In this document: one piece after another, positions 10,381 to 20,518 of the stretch
Layout of the letters: the number at the start of each line of letters is the position of its first letter
Numbering within the stretch: the first letter of the stretch is position 1
Source: Halarcobacter sp.
GTDB lineage: Bacteria; Campylobacterota; Campylobacteria; Campylobacterales; Arcobacteraceae
Reading direction: 5' to 3'
Assembly: GCA_048571215.1 (NCBI GenBank)
Contig: CP182352.1
Location: 2,976,001 to 3,040,000, forward strand
Length of the DNA stretch: 64,000 nt
Notes under the pieces: generated by a model
What the model saw: the letters and a program-made list of their open reading frames with translations, nothing else
Told to the model about the DNA's origin: nothing
The model's database searches: none
Made by a program: the position numbers and the translations under genes

Positions 10381-11007
10381 CTATGCAATAATATCAGTAT
10401 TTTTATCTTTTTCTTGTGAAGTACTATTCTCTTCATACTTACTTTTTGCATTTTGAGAATACTCATTTGAGTTTGACCTTTTTTCTTGAATCTCTTGGGC
10501 AAATTCCTGTTGGGCTTTCATCATAAGTACTCTAGCCTTCGATGCAACAGAGACATCTTGAGGACTAGGATCTGCAGGAGCTAAGGCAGTTGAGATAACC
10601 CCTTGAAGATTTGATATTGACTCTTGGGGAGTTGAACCTGTTTCAATCCGAACAGGAACCTCACCAGCAACAGCATACATAACTCCATCGGGACCTTTTT
10701 CATAAGTAAAAGAAGCCCCACCAGAAGCTGCAGATCCACTTTGATGTGCTGCTTCATGAGCTCTTACCTTAGCATCAGTAACTTGAAGTTTATTAAGTTC
10801 AATTCTTTCTTGCTGTGTTAATTGGGTACTATTTTCATCTTTTTGTTCTTGATTATTCTTAGATTTTGAAGAGGCTTCATCTTTTTCAATACCTCTTGTA
10901 TCTTGCTCTCGCCCCTCTTGATTGGACACAGCTTGTTGTTGAGTACTTGCTCTTGAAAAATAATCGACATTGTAGCCGAAGGTAGAAGTGTAATTTCCTA
11001 TTTCCAT
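10381..11007 (-). CDS. SprA-related / CJM1_0395-like putative metalloprotease
   Basis: D.KVRAHEAAH, Y..GPDG..YAVAGEV, ALAPADPSPQD..VA. Confidence 0.8.
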   Translation of the reverse strand: MEIGNYTSTFGYNVDYFSRASTQQQAVSNQEGREQDTRGIEKDEASSKSKNNQEQKDENSTQLTQQERIELNKLQVTDAKVRAHEAAHQSGSAASGGASFTYEKGPDGVMYAVAGEVPVRIETGSTPQESISNLQGVISTALAPADPSPQDVSVASKARVLMMKAQQEFAQEIQEKRSNSNEYSQNAKSKYEENSTSQEKDKNTDIIA

Positions 11008-11070
11008 AATATAAATTTTATAACAACTTGAAAAAAATGTAAATTAATGAAGATCTATTTATTACTATGT

Positions 11071-11544
11071 CTATTTTAATTTGATATTGTGGCTTTTACC
11101 TTTAATAAATGATGTCGTATCATATATCTCTCTTAAAAACAAAAGCAAAGCAACAATTAATGAAATCATAGAAAAAATAAATAAAACTGATATAACAAAA
11201 TGTGAGTCAAAATTCATCAATGAAGTTGCAAAAATGCTTAGGATAACCAAAGCAATCATAAAACCTGTAGTTGTACCAAAAAAGATTGCTCTATTAATAT
11301 TTTGCATACGTCTAACTAGAAACTTTCTTCTTTTTTCTTGGGCAACGCTTATCTTAAAATTTGGATTATCTTGCTCTGCTTTAACTAATGAGTTATCTAA
11401 CTTCTCTAATCTGTCTATAATCCTTGCTAACCTTCCTGTAAAAACATTTAAAAGTCCCGCAACACCAGCAATTAAAAATACCGGCGCAACTGAAACTTGT
11501 ATAAGTTGTGTGATTGTATCTATTGTAGTTTGTTCTTGTATCAT
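11071..11544 (-). CDS. DUF2721-family membrane protein
   Basis: IQVSVAPVFLIAG..GLL...TGRLARIIDR; start reassigned to ATG 11544 with AGGA SD. Confidence 0.8.
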   Translation of the reverse strand: MIQEQTTIDTITQLIQVSVAPVFLIAGVAGLLNVFTGRLARIIDRLEKLDNSLVKAEQDNPNFKISVAQEKRRKFLVRRMQNINRAIFFGTTTGFMIALVILSIFATSLMNFDSHFVISVLFIFSMISLIVALLLFLREIYDTTSFIKGKSHNIKLK

Positions 11545-11738
11545 TGTTTTCCTTTTGCTTTTTTCTTCTTTTTTAATAAGAAGATACAAGAAAATAAGTA
11601 GCCAAAGTTTTAAAAGTCTTTGTCTTTTTTCGTATTTTAGCATAATTTTCTATACGGTAAGACTCATAAAAAGATTGAATTTTATTCTTTTCAAGAATAT
11701 ATCTTGGAACCTTTAGTTTAGGTTTTAATGCTCTGTAA

Positions 11739-12290
11739 TTAAACTTTAAACCCCATGACTTTTTCTTCTGTTTTTTTTGTATCTTCTAATATTTGTTGTA
11801 AATATTCTAATGCAAGTTTGATATTTTTTGTGTTTTCATATGTTTGTTCTTTATGAACTTTGTTACCTTCTTTTATTTCATTTATCTCTTTTACTAAATT
11901 TTCATAAGATAAAGCAAATTCTCTAATTTTTGTAAATGTTCTCATAATTGCTTTTGTAGTTTCAATTGCAATACCACTATTAACTACTGTAGCTAACATA
12001 TACACACCTTGTTCAGTAAATACAAAAGGTAAAGTTCTAGCTCCTCCCCAACTTGAAGTGCCAATTTGACACCTCAAGATTTCAAACTCTTCCTTTGTCA
12101 GTTGAAACATAAAATCATCATCAAACCGCTCAATATTTCTTTTAACTTGTCGATTTAAATATTTTGTTTCTACACTTTTTATTTTGCAAGTACCTTTATT
12201 ATTCTCAATTTTTTCAAAAATATTTATATGACTTAAGCAGAAGAACACAAAATCAATATTGAACTTATCCGTATTATAGGGATTATACAC
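11739..12290 (-). pseudogene. ORF6N-domain DNA-binding protein, apparently 5'-truncated
   Basis: VETKYLNRQVKRNIERF..DFMFQLT...PFVFTEQGVYML present; the usual preceding IRG.QVMLD.DLA.LY segment is replaced by unrelated sequence. Confidence 0.6.
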
Positions 12291-12339
12291 TATATTTTAA
12301 GTTTTATTTAAGGGAAAATGACGAAAGACATACATAAGA

Positions 12340-13800
12340 TTAATCTCGTGTATAATAAGGCACATATTTAATATGTTTTGTAGATTTGTTACTTGGATCT
12401 GCTGGTTTTATAAAACCTTCTTCAATTGCATCTTTTATAATTTTTGACACTTTTGAATGTTGTCCATCTTTCATACCAAATCTTTTTCTCAACGTTGAGT
12501 TTGTCATATACTCCTGCTTCATATACTGCAAACAACAATGTTGATAAGCGGCTCTTATTCTATCTTTTCTATCCATATCTTCAAATTCTAATGGTGCAAA
12601 TAAAACAACTTTGAAAAAATCACTTTCCTCAATAAATTTTGGTGCAGGCAATTGATATAATTCAATATATTCAATGACTTTATCTATACCAGAGCCTCTT
12701 TCCTCACATATCCCCATCATTCTCATTAAGTATGATAATTTTTCATTTCTAGATTTTGGCTGATAATCAATCAATCTTTTAATATCAATTAGTGGTTTAC
12801 CTGAGTTTGAAATTTCTATTCTATTATCATAAATTTCAATCATAGGATTAACCCCTGATATTGTTAAATCTTGATGGATAAGAGCATTCGCTATTAATTC
12901 ACGTATTGCAATTTCTGGATAGAGAGGAACATCTTTTCTTATTGCATCTTTTATAACCTCATTACGAGGTAATTTATCCATTATATATTTTATTAATCCT
13001 TTAAATCCTGAAGCATAACCTTTTTGTCCCTCTATTTCAAATTCTGTCTGGATTTTACTAGTACCCTTATATTTAATCATTCTAATGGGTTTTCTAGATA
13101 AAGAATGAAAATCAAGAATTTTACGAGCGAATAATAAAGCTCCTAAATTTGTTATATCCAAAAAATCAAAATTCTCTTTTATTAAATTATGTTCTTTTAA
13201 CTTTTCTAAAATATAATTATCATCATTAATAGTTTCATTATAAGGAATATTCATTAGTTTAAAGAAATTTTCATAATCAAGTAAATCAAATATTTGAGTG
13301 TTAGTTGCATGCTTTAATGCAATATCTTCTTCAAAACAATAAGTAGAAAATTTTTGCCATAACTTTCTTTCTTTTTCTGGGTAATCGTGTAACTTTTTCT
13401 TATAACTTCCTACACGTATATATTCAGTCCCTTCAAATTTTACTGGTTCTCTTTGTGCACAATCTATTTCAATCACAGATACGTTTAGACCTTCACAATC
13501 AAAATCTATAAAATTAAAATCTATTTTTGGCTCTAAAAGTCTATGTAGCCAATTCTCTAATTCTTCATTTCCTGTTTTTTGCAATTTTAAATTAACTTTT
13601 GTTCCAATAATTTCCAGACTCTCATCATCTACTCCAAATATTAAATAAGCTTTTTTCATATCATGTAACATAGCAGAATTTGCAAGAGAAGAAATGTATT
13701 GACCTATCATTTTAGGCTTCTCATTATTTACTTTAAATTCCATCCATTCAGTTTCTTTTCCATAATATGAAATTAGTTCTTTTAATATTTTACAATTCAT
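12340..13800 (-). CDS. Schlafen/AlbA_2 domain + HATPase_c_4 (RecG-C-like) + winged-helix protein
   Basis: ETEWMEFK, ISSLANS, LIFGVDD, YIRVGS, RELIANALIHQD, IEISNSG, RNEKL, EERGSGIDK; GGAG SD before ATG 13800. Confidence 0.85.
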   Translation of the reverse strand: MNCKILKELISYYGKETEWMEFKVNNEKPKMIGQYISSLANSAMLHDMKKAYLIFGVDDESLEIIGTKVNLKLQKTGNEELENWLHRLLEPKIDFNFIDFDCEGLNVSVIEIDCAQREPVKFEGTEYIRVGSYKKKLHDYPEKERKLWQKFSTYCFEEDIALKHATNTQIFDLLDYENFFKLMNIPYNETINDDNYILEKLKEHNLIKENFDFLDITNLGALLFARKILDFHSLSRKPIRMIKYKGTSKIQTEFEIEGQKGYASGFKGLIKYIMDKLPRNEVIKDAIRKDVPLYPEIAIRELIANALIHQDLTISGVNPMIEIYDNRIEISNSGKPLIDIKRLIDYQPKSRNEKLSYLMRMMGICEERGSGIDKVIEYIELYQLPAPKFIEESDFFKVVLFAPLEFEDMDRKDRIRAAYQHCCLQYMKQEYMTNSTLRKRFGMKDGQHSKVSKIIKDAIEEGFIKPADPSNKSTKHIKYVPYYTRD

Positions 13801-13922
13801 AGATTCTCCATTTATAATCAACATCATATCAAAATAATAATTTGATAAAAATTTATTATTTATATTTATAATTAAATAAATTATACTTTATTGAGTATAT
13901 ATTTACTTTTAAAAAAGTGAAA

Positions 13923-14199
13923 TTATTCACTTCTTTCTTCAATCTCTTTTCTTGATAGTTCTAATTCCTTATTAAACAATTCCAATTATTTTAATCGTAT
14001 ATATTATTGCAAATAAACTGAATAATGCAAAAATGGGGTTTAAAGTCCCCTAATGCTCTCAAATCCAATTTCTTCGTACTCTCCAAATCAAAAATATTAA
14101 AATACTATATTAAAAGCAAGCCAAAAAATAGCATAATTGCTAAAGCTAATATCCAATTAAAAAATTTAATTTGTTTGAGTTTTTCTTTTCTGAAGCCAT
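13923..14199 (-). pseudogene. Frameshifted remnant of a membrane protein resembling the N-terminus of putative phage abortive-infection proteins
   Basis: Fragments in shifting frames: MASEKK.., WILALAIMLFFGLLLI*, ALGDF / LNPIFALFSLFAIIYTIKI / ELELSRKEIEE; stops and frameshifts. Confidence 0.5.
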
Positions 14200-14213
14200 T
14201 TAATTTCTTTCCT

Positions 14214-14341
14214 ATTTTTAATAGGTATTTTAGTCAAGGTCAAGGCGGAGGAGTTCTTTAGCGATGGAGCCTACTAGAGTAGGTGACTGAGTTAAAAAAC
14301 TCCTCCAACGCAGAGATTGGTCTAAAAGACCTATTAAAAAT
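14214..14341. repeat. ERIC/IRU-like ~128-bp imperfect palindromic element
   Basis: Nested arms atttttaataggt/acctattaaaaat, ttttag/ctaaaa, ggaggagtt/aactcctcc, cctac/gtagg; contains AAGGCG, GGAGCCTACTAGAGTAGGTGACTGAG and CAACGCA. Confidence 0.72.
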
Positions 14342-15353
14342 CGTCGAAGTCGATACTTCCTTTCGAGTAGTTAACCACATTTCCTTCGAAGAAATTCGTT
14401 CTCTGATCATTAAACGACGCATATCCATCTACCCAAGGTATTGGGTGCTTCACATTATACATTGGAGCGTATCCAACTGCATCTAACCTTTTATCTGCAA
14501 GATATTGAATATATTGAGTGATAATAGCGTCTGTAAACCCTAGAATTTGTCCTTGAGTGATATATCCACCCCATGAAGCTTCTAGTTCAACTGCTTTTCT
14601 AAACATCTCTCTAACTTTTAGTTCTAACTCTTTTGTAAATAAATCAGGTCTTTCTTTTCTTGTTGAGTTAATCATATTTTGAAAAAGTAACAAGTGTGTA
14701 ACTTCATCTCTTTGGATAAATCTAATCATTTGTGATGAACCTAACATTTTCCCTGATTTTCCAAGGGCATACATAGCAGCAAATCCTGCATAAAAGTAGA
14801 TCCCCTCCAAGATTTGGTTAGCAAACATTGCTAATACAATCTTTTCATCAGTTATACCACCTGCAAGGTTTTTATAAACACCTGCTATGTAGTCATTTTT
14901 TTCTCTTAGCTTATCATCTGTTTTCCACATATCATAAATAAGGTCTGTATTATCAGAGATTGACTCAACCATAACCGCATAAGATTTCGAGTGGTTAGCC
15001 TCTTCGTATGATTGTCTTGATAAACAAGCATTTATCTCAGGTACTGTTATATATGGGTTAATATTATCCATAAGATTATTTGTTTGTAAAGAATCCATAA
15101 AAATCAATTGAGATAAAACTAAATCATACATCCTTTTTTCAGCTGGAGATAGATATTTATAGTCTTTTGCATCTCCAGTCATCTGAACCTCTTTTGGAAA
15201 CCATGTATTTGCTTCCATAGTATCCCACAGGTTTAATGCCCATTGGTACTTCATTCTTGTGAAGTTAATCATACCATCAGGATTACCACCAAATATTCTT
15301 CTATCGTTTAAGTTCTCTTTTGACTCTGGATTGTAAATTAATTTTCTTGACAT
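14334..15353 (-). CDS. nrdB: Ribonucleoside-diphosphate reductase class Ia, beta subunit
   Basis: [31 protein letters not shown]. Confidence 0.96.
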   Translation of the reverse strand: MSRKLIYNPESKENLNDRRIFGGNPDGMINFTRMKYQWALNLWDTMEANTWFPKEVQMTGDAKDYKYLSPAEKRMYDLVLSQLIFMDSLQTNNLMDNINPYITVPEINACLSRQSYEEANHSKSYAVMVESISDNTDLIYDMWKTDDKLREKNDYIAGVYKNLAGGITDEKIVLAMFANQILEGIYFYAGFAAMYALGKSGKMLGSSQMIRFIQRDEVTHLLLFQNMINSTRKERPDLFTKELELKVREMFRKAVELEASWGGYITQGQILGFTDAIITQYIQYLADKRLDAVGYAPMYNVKHPIPWVDGYASFNDQRTNFFEGNVVNYSKGSIDFDDF

Positions 15354-15409
15354 AGAAACCCTCTATTATTATTTTTTTAACTATTGTTTATGGAAAGGAG
15401 GGTGTCAAA

Positions 15410-17794
15410 TTATTGACAACCTGAACACTCCATACTTCTATCTTCAACATCATTTGAAGCTTCAGGAGACTGACTTCTTAAATAGTAAGTTGATTTAAGT
15501 CCTAGTTTCCAAGCAGTTACATAGATTTCATGAAGATACTTACCACTTGCTTTATCTAAACTCATAAAGATATTTGTACTTTGTCCTTGGTCTATCCACT
15601 TTTGTCTTACTGCTGCTGCTTTTATGATATCTAGTTGATTTACTTCATATGCAGGAGTATAATATGCCCAAGTTTCAGGAGAAAGATTAGGTACCACTAC
15701 AGGGATAAGTCCAGATAAGTTTTCCTCATACCATTTTCTCTTATATACAGGCTCAATAGCTTGCGTTGTACCAACTAAGATAGAGATTGATGAAGTTGGA
15801 GCAATAGCCATTAAGTAACCATTTCTCATACCATCTTTTTTAACTTTTTCTCTTAATTCATCCCAATCATAGCCTGTATCAAATAAGTCTTTATCTACAA
15901 GAGCATTTACAGCTTGAGGTGCATGATCATGAGGCATAATACCATTTGACCAGTTTGAGCCTTCAAAAGTAGGATAAATACCCTTCTCTACAGCCAAATC
16001 AGAGCTTGATTTGATTGCATTATATGAGATAGCTTCCATTATAGAATCTATCTTTTTAAGGTGGTCTGTACTACCCCAAACAAGTTTACTCTCTGCTACC
16101 ATTTGTGATTCACCCATAACACCAAGACCTATAGATCTTGATTTTAGATTTGTAGCTTTTACTTTTCTAAGAGGATAAAAGTTTAAATCAATAACATTAT
16201 CAAGCATTCTAACTGCTGTAGGAACAACTCTTTCTATATCCTCTTTTGTATTTATTCTAGATAGGTTAATAGATGCTAGGTTACAAACGGCTGTATCTCC
16301 ATCTATTTTCTCTTTTTCTACTATAAATACTCTTTTCCCATTGATAGAATCAAGGGCAGTAACTTTATTTGCTCTTTTACCTTGACTACCATCAACTAAG
16401 ATAATATCATCTTCTTCATGGGTTTCTATTGTTCCATCTTCAAACTCTAATTTGATTAGATAATGATTTGGATTTGTATTTTGGAAAATCTCCGTACATA
16501 GGTTTGAAGATCTGATGTGACCCACATGACCATTTGGATTTGCTCTATTTGCATTATCTTTAAAGCAAAGGAAAGGTGATCCTGATTCAAAATATGAAGT
16601 TAAAACTTTTCTCCATAAATCTTTTGCTTTAATTCTCTCTTTTGTTATAGTTTCATCATTTTCATATTCGATATATCTAGCTTTAAACTCATCCCCATGA
16701 AGCTCACTTAAATCTTTTACTTCATATGGGTCAAAAAGTGTCCAGTGGCTATCTTCTATGATTCTTTCCATAAAAAGGTCAGTTATCCAAAGTGCAGGGA
16801 ATAAATCGTGTGCTCTTCTTCTTTCTTCACCTGAGTTCTTTTTTAAATCAATAAAATCAGAGATATCCATATGCCAAGGTTCTAAATAAACTGCGATTGC
16901 ACCTTTTCTAGTACCAAGTTGATCAACTGCAATAGCAATATCATTTGTGATTTTAAGAAAAGGTACTGTACCACCAGCTGCACTTTTATGGTCATCAATA
17001 ACACCACCTAAAGCTCTAATCTGATTCCAGTCCCAACCAATACCACCACCATATTTAGATAATAGTGCCATCTCTTTATACCCATCAAAAATACCTTCAA
17101 TATTATCAGGACTTGAACCAATATAACAAGATGATAACTGGTGTCTGTTTGTTCTAGCATTTGATAAGGTTGGAGTTGCAAGCATAACTTCAAATTTTGA
17201 AACTACATCATAAAACTCTTTTGCTTTTTGTTGACAATTATCTTCATCTTTCGCTAAAAACATTGCTATTGCCATAAACATTTGTTGAGGAAGCTCTATT
17301 GGTACCCCATTTCTGTTTTTTATTAGATATCTATCATAAAGAGTTTTGATTCCGAGATAATTAAACAAATAATCTCTTTTTGGATCAAGATAATCATTTA
17401 GTTCATCTAAATCATATCCCTCTCCAAGGTTAGGGATTAGTCTTCCTGCTTCCTTACCATATTTTAAATAGTCTTTTAGATGACAATATGGTTCCCCTTT
17501 TATACCATGGGTAACTTTCCCTACTCTATGATACAAATCAAATAAGAAAAGTCTTGCAGCTGCAAAGGTCCAATTTGGAACATCAATATCTATCTTTTCA
17601 ACTGCTGTTTTAATAAGCGCATCTTGAATATCTGATGAACTCATTCCATCAACAAATTTGATTTGAGCATCTAGTTCTAGCTCACTTTGAGACACACCAT
17701 CCAAATCTTTAGTAGCTTCAATGGTCATCTTTTGGATTTTAGTTATATCTAAAACCTCTTTTCTACCGTTTCTCTTCTCAATCATTATTGCCAT
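15410..17794 (-). CDS. nrdA: Ribonucleoside-diphosphate reductase class Ia, alpha subunit
   Basis: ATP cone KRNG, ATPT, SSC, SNLCTE, CNLASINL, APTSS, KSTYYLR, C-terminal CSGC. Confidence 0.97.
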   Translation of the reverse strand: MAIMIEKRNGRKEVLDITKIQKMTIEATKDLDGVSQSELELDAQIKFVDGMSSSDIQDALIKTAVEKIDIDVPNWTFAAARLFLFDLYHRVGKVTHGIKGEPYCHLKDYLKYGKEAGRLIPNLGEGYDLDELNDYLDPKRDYLFNYLGIKTLYDRYLIKNRNGVPIELPQQMFMAIAMFLAKDEDNCQQKAKEFYDVVSKFEVMLATPTLSNARTNRHQLSSCYIGSSPDNIEGIFDGYKEMALLSKYGGGIGWDWNQIRALGGVIDDHKSAAGGTVPFLKITNDIAIAVDQLGTRKGAIAVYLEPWHMDISDFIDLKKNSGEERRRAHDLFPALWITDLFMERIIEDSHWTLFDPYEVKDLSELHGDEFKARYIEYENDETITKERIKAKDLWRKVLTSYFESGSPFLCFKDNANRANPNGHVGHIRSSNLCTEIFQNTNPNHYLIKLEFEDGTIETHEEDDIILVDGSQGKRANKVTALDSINGKRVFIVEKEKIDGDTAVCNLASINLSRINTKEDIERVVPTAVRMLDNVIDLNFYPLRKVKATNLKSRSIGLGVMGESQMVAESKLVWGSTDHLKKIDSIMEAISYNAIKSSSDLAVEKGIYPTFEGSNWSNGIMPHDHAPQAVNALVDKDLFDTGYDWDELREKVKKDGMRNGYLMAIAPTSSISILVGTTQAIEPVYKRKWYEENLSGLIPVVVPNLSPETWAYYTPAYEVNQLDIIKAAAVRQKWIDQGQSTNIFMSLDKASGKYLHEIYVTAWKLGLKSTYYLRSQSPEASNDVEDRSMECSGCQ

Positions 17795-17820
17795 AATATT
17801 GCCTTGTGATTAATTTTTTA

Positions 17821-19152
17821 TTATTTATTGAATACTCTGTTAAAAATAGCATCTACATTTTTTGTGTAATAATCGAAATTAAAACACTCTCTAATTTGTT
17901 CTTCACTTAATTTTGCTCTTAAATCCTCATCTGATAATAGATGTCCTAAATATAAAGACTCCCCTTTATCATTTGTAGTAGGTTTCCCTTGTTGGATCTC
18001 TTCCCAAACTTTCATTGCATTTCTTTGTACAATTTTATAAGCATCTTCTCTACTTACACCAGCTTTTGGAAGTTCTAATAAAACCCTTTGAGAAAATACC
18101 AAACCACCAGTTTGGTTTAGATTTTTCATCATATTTTCTGGCATAACTGTTAAGTTTGCAATTACACTGTTCATTCTATGAAGCATAAAGTCTGCTGTGA
18201 TAAAGGCATCAGGTAACCAAAATCTTTCAGTAGAAGAGTGAGAGATATCTCTTTCATGCCACAATGCTACATTTTCCATTGCAGGTGTTGCATAAGCTCT
18301 AATCATTCTAGCAAGACCTGTAATATTTTCTGTTAAAACAGGATTTCTTTTATGTGGCATTGCAGAAGATCCTTTTTGACCTTTAGCAAAAAACTCTTCA
18401 GCTTCATAAACTTCTGTTCTTTGTAGGTGTCTAACTTGTACTGCAAACTTCTCAATTGAAGAAGCCATTGTTGCTAATGCTGTTGCAAGTCTCGCATATC
18501 TATCCCTATGAACTACTTGATTTGAACAAGGCTCAGGTTTTAATCCTAATTCAGCCATTGCAAACTCTTCAAGTTCTAAAGGAGCGTGAGCAAAGTTACC
18601 CATAGCACCAGAAATTTGTCCCACAGCAATAACATCCATAGTTTGTTCTAAATTTAATAAATGTCTTGACATCTCATCATACCAAACAGCTAATGTTAAA
18701 CCAAAAGTGATAGGCTCACCATGAATACCATGGCTTCTTCCTACCATAAGGGTCGTTTTATGTTCATTTGCTCTTTTTTTGATAGATTCCATTAACATTT
18801 TTACATCATCTATAATAATCTTAAGGGAATCTCTCATTTGTAGTGCAACACCTGTATCAACAGCATCTGAACTTGTCATACCATAATGAAACCATCTTGA
18901 TTCTTCACCAAGTGATTCTGATACACTTGTGTTAAATGCAATCAAATCGTGTTTTGTAATCGCTTCTATCTCTTCTATTCTTTCAACTGAAAAAGTTGCA
19001 TTTTTAACAATCTTCTCACAATCTTCATCAGGGATAAGCCCTAGCTTATTCCATGCTTTTACAGCTGCTTTTTCAACCTCAAGCCACGCAGCATATCTTG
19101 CATGTTGTGTCCAATGTTGTGTCATCTCTTCTCTGGCATATCTCTCAACCAT
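17821..19152 (-). CDS. purB: Adenylosuccinate lyase
   Basis: MVERY, HYGMTSSD, GRSHG, GSSAMPHKRNP, LWHERDISHSS. Confidence 0.97.
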   Translation of the reverse strand: MVERYAREEMTQHWTQHARYAAWLEVEKAAVKAWNKLGLIPDEDCEKIVKNATFSVERIEEIEAITKHDLIAFNTSVSESLGEESRWFHYGMTSSDAVDTGVALQMRDSLKIIIDDVKMLMESIKKRANEHKTTLMVGRSHGIHGEPITFGLTLAVWYDEMSRHLLNLEQTMDVIAVGQISGAMGNFAHAPLELEEFAMAELGLKPEPCSNQVVHRDRYARLATALATMASSIEKFAVQVRHLQRTEVYEAEEFFAKGQKGSSAMPHKRNPVLTENITGLARMIRAYATPAMENVALWHERDISHSSTERFWLPDAFITADFMLHRMNSVIANLTVMPENMMKNLNQTGGLVFSQRVLLELPKAGVSREDAYKIVQRNAMKVWEEIQQGKPTTNDKGESLYLGHLLSDEDLRAKLSEEQIRECFNFDYYTKNVDAIFNRVFNK

Positions 19153-19269
19153 TTAAAAATCCCTTATAATCGTTTTTCTTTAAAATTTATGCAAATATTT
19201 ACTATTTTTTTGTATGATATGCTATCTAATTTAGACAAAAACTATGTTTAAATTTTTGTAACTTTTGTA

Positions 19270-20190
19270 TTGTTTTTAGGAAATAAATTGCCATTCATAT
19301 TAAAAAAATTTTCAGCCCCAAAAGGGAAAAAAATTCAACTTTTTTTACTTCAAGACTTAGGCTATAAGCCCGCTGTAGCGCATCGTTTAATAAGTAGAGG
19401 AAGGGTTTTTGATTCCTTACAAATTTCATATGAAATATCACAAGAAATAAAAGATGATTTCATCTATATAGGTCTATTTGAAGGGCATACAAGAGGTTTA
19501 AAACCTTTGCTTATTTTTGAAGATTTTGCTATTTTTGATAAGCCTTCAAATCTAATGATTCATCCAAATTCAAAGTCAACTGAATATTCACTTTTAGATG
19601 AAATAAGATATCACCTAGGTGAAACAGCAAATCAAGCTCATAGAATAGATGCCGAGACATCAGGACTTGTTTTAGTAGGGAAAAATGAGAAAGTTACTAA
19701 AGCTTTAGCAACTATGTTTGAAAAAAAAGAATATAAAAAATCTTATTTAGCAATAGTTGAAGGAAAAATTGAAAATACTACTCAAATAGATAAAAACCTA
19801 AAAAAAGAGGGAAAAGCAATAGGTGTTAGGATGTGTGTATGTGATAACAATGAAGGGAAACAATCAACTACAATAATAAAACCTATAAAATACAATAAAC
19901 AAAAAGACCTAAGTCTTGTTGAACTAATCCCAATCACAGGAAGACAACACCAACTAAGAGTACATATGTACTTCTTAGGGCATAAAATACTAGGGGATCC
20001 TATATATGGGGTAGATGATATAGAAGCAGAAGCCTACCTTAATAAGACACAATCTAAAGAGAATAGAGAATTAGCAAGTAACTCTTATAGATTGTGGCTT
20101 CATGCTAACTATTTAGAGTTTAGCTATCAAAATGTAATATATAAGATATATTCAAAGAATAAAGCTCTTTATGAAGAGTTTTATTCTTAA
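19270..20190 (+). CDS. RluA-family pseudouridine synthase (true start possibly TTG 19288)
   Basis: DKPS, HRIDAETSGLV, TGRQHQLRVH, ILGDPIYG, LWLHA. Confidence 0.92.
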   Translation: MFLGNKLPFILKKFSAPKGKKIQLFLLQDLGYKPAVAHRLISRGRVFDSLQISYEISQEIKDDFIYIGLFEGHTRGLKPLLIFEDFAIFDKPSNLMIHPNSKSTEYSLLDEIRYHLGETANQAHRIDAETSGLVLVGKNEKVTKALATMFEKKEYKKSYLAIVEGKIENTTQIDKNLKKEGKAIGVRMCVCDNNEGKQSTTIIKPIKYNKQKDLSLVELIPITGRQHQLRVHMYFLGHKILGDPIYGVDDIEAEAYLNKTQSKENRELASNSYRLWLHANYLEFSYQNVIYKIYSKNKALYEEFYS

Positions 20191-20507
20191 GATGCTAAAT
20201 CACACTGAAAACAGTTTGTGATGTCTCTACACGTTGAACAAGCAGGTGCAGTCTTCCCTATACAATCATAAAGATATTTTTTCCATCTAATACTATCTGG
20301 TTTTAATTTAGCTAAAGAAGAGAAGTTATTTGTCATAAATCTACTCATCTCTTTTCTACTAATTAAACCTAAATCTGAATACAAGTGTCCCATTCGTAAT
20401 GATGTTTTAGCAATCCATGGGGCAAGTGTGCCTTTGGCATAATCATCATTTGCATGGTTTTGCAATAAATCTAATACTTCTGTTTCCATAATTTCAAAAT
20501 TACTCAT
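20187..20507 (-). CDS. nifQ: NifQ molybdenum donor protein (short form)
   Basis: HLYSDLGL..RKE...F..LA......RWKKYLY; C-terminal APACSTC.D..NCF. Confidence 0.85.
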   Translation of the reverse strand: MSNFEIMETEVLDLLQNHANDDYAKGTLAPWIAKTSLRMGHLYSDLGLISRKEMSRFMTNNFSSLAKLKPDSIRWKKYLYDCIGKTAPACSTCRDITNCFQCDLAS

Positions 20508-20518
20508 AATTCTCTCCT

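Noticed and set aside
14025..14486. Plus-strand ORFs 14025-14261 and 14283-14486
   Set aside because: Read through the pseudogene remnant, the palindrome and antisense nrdB; better explained by those features
16300..16480. Extra segment in NrdA after SNLCTE, considered as a possible intein or intron
   Set aside because: Short and in frame, with no intein C/S...HN termini or endonuclease motifs; looks like the normal Campylobacterota NrdA insert
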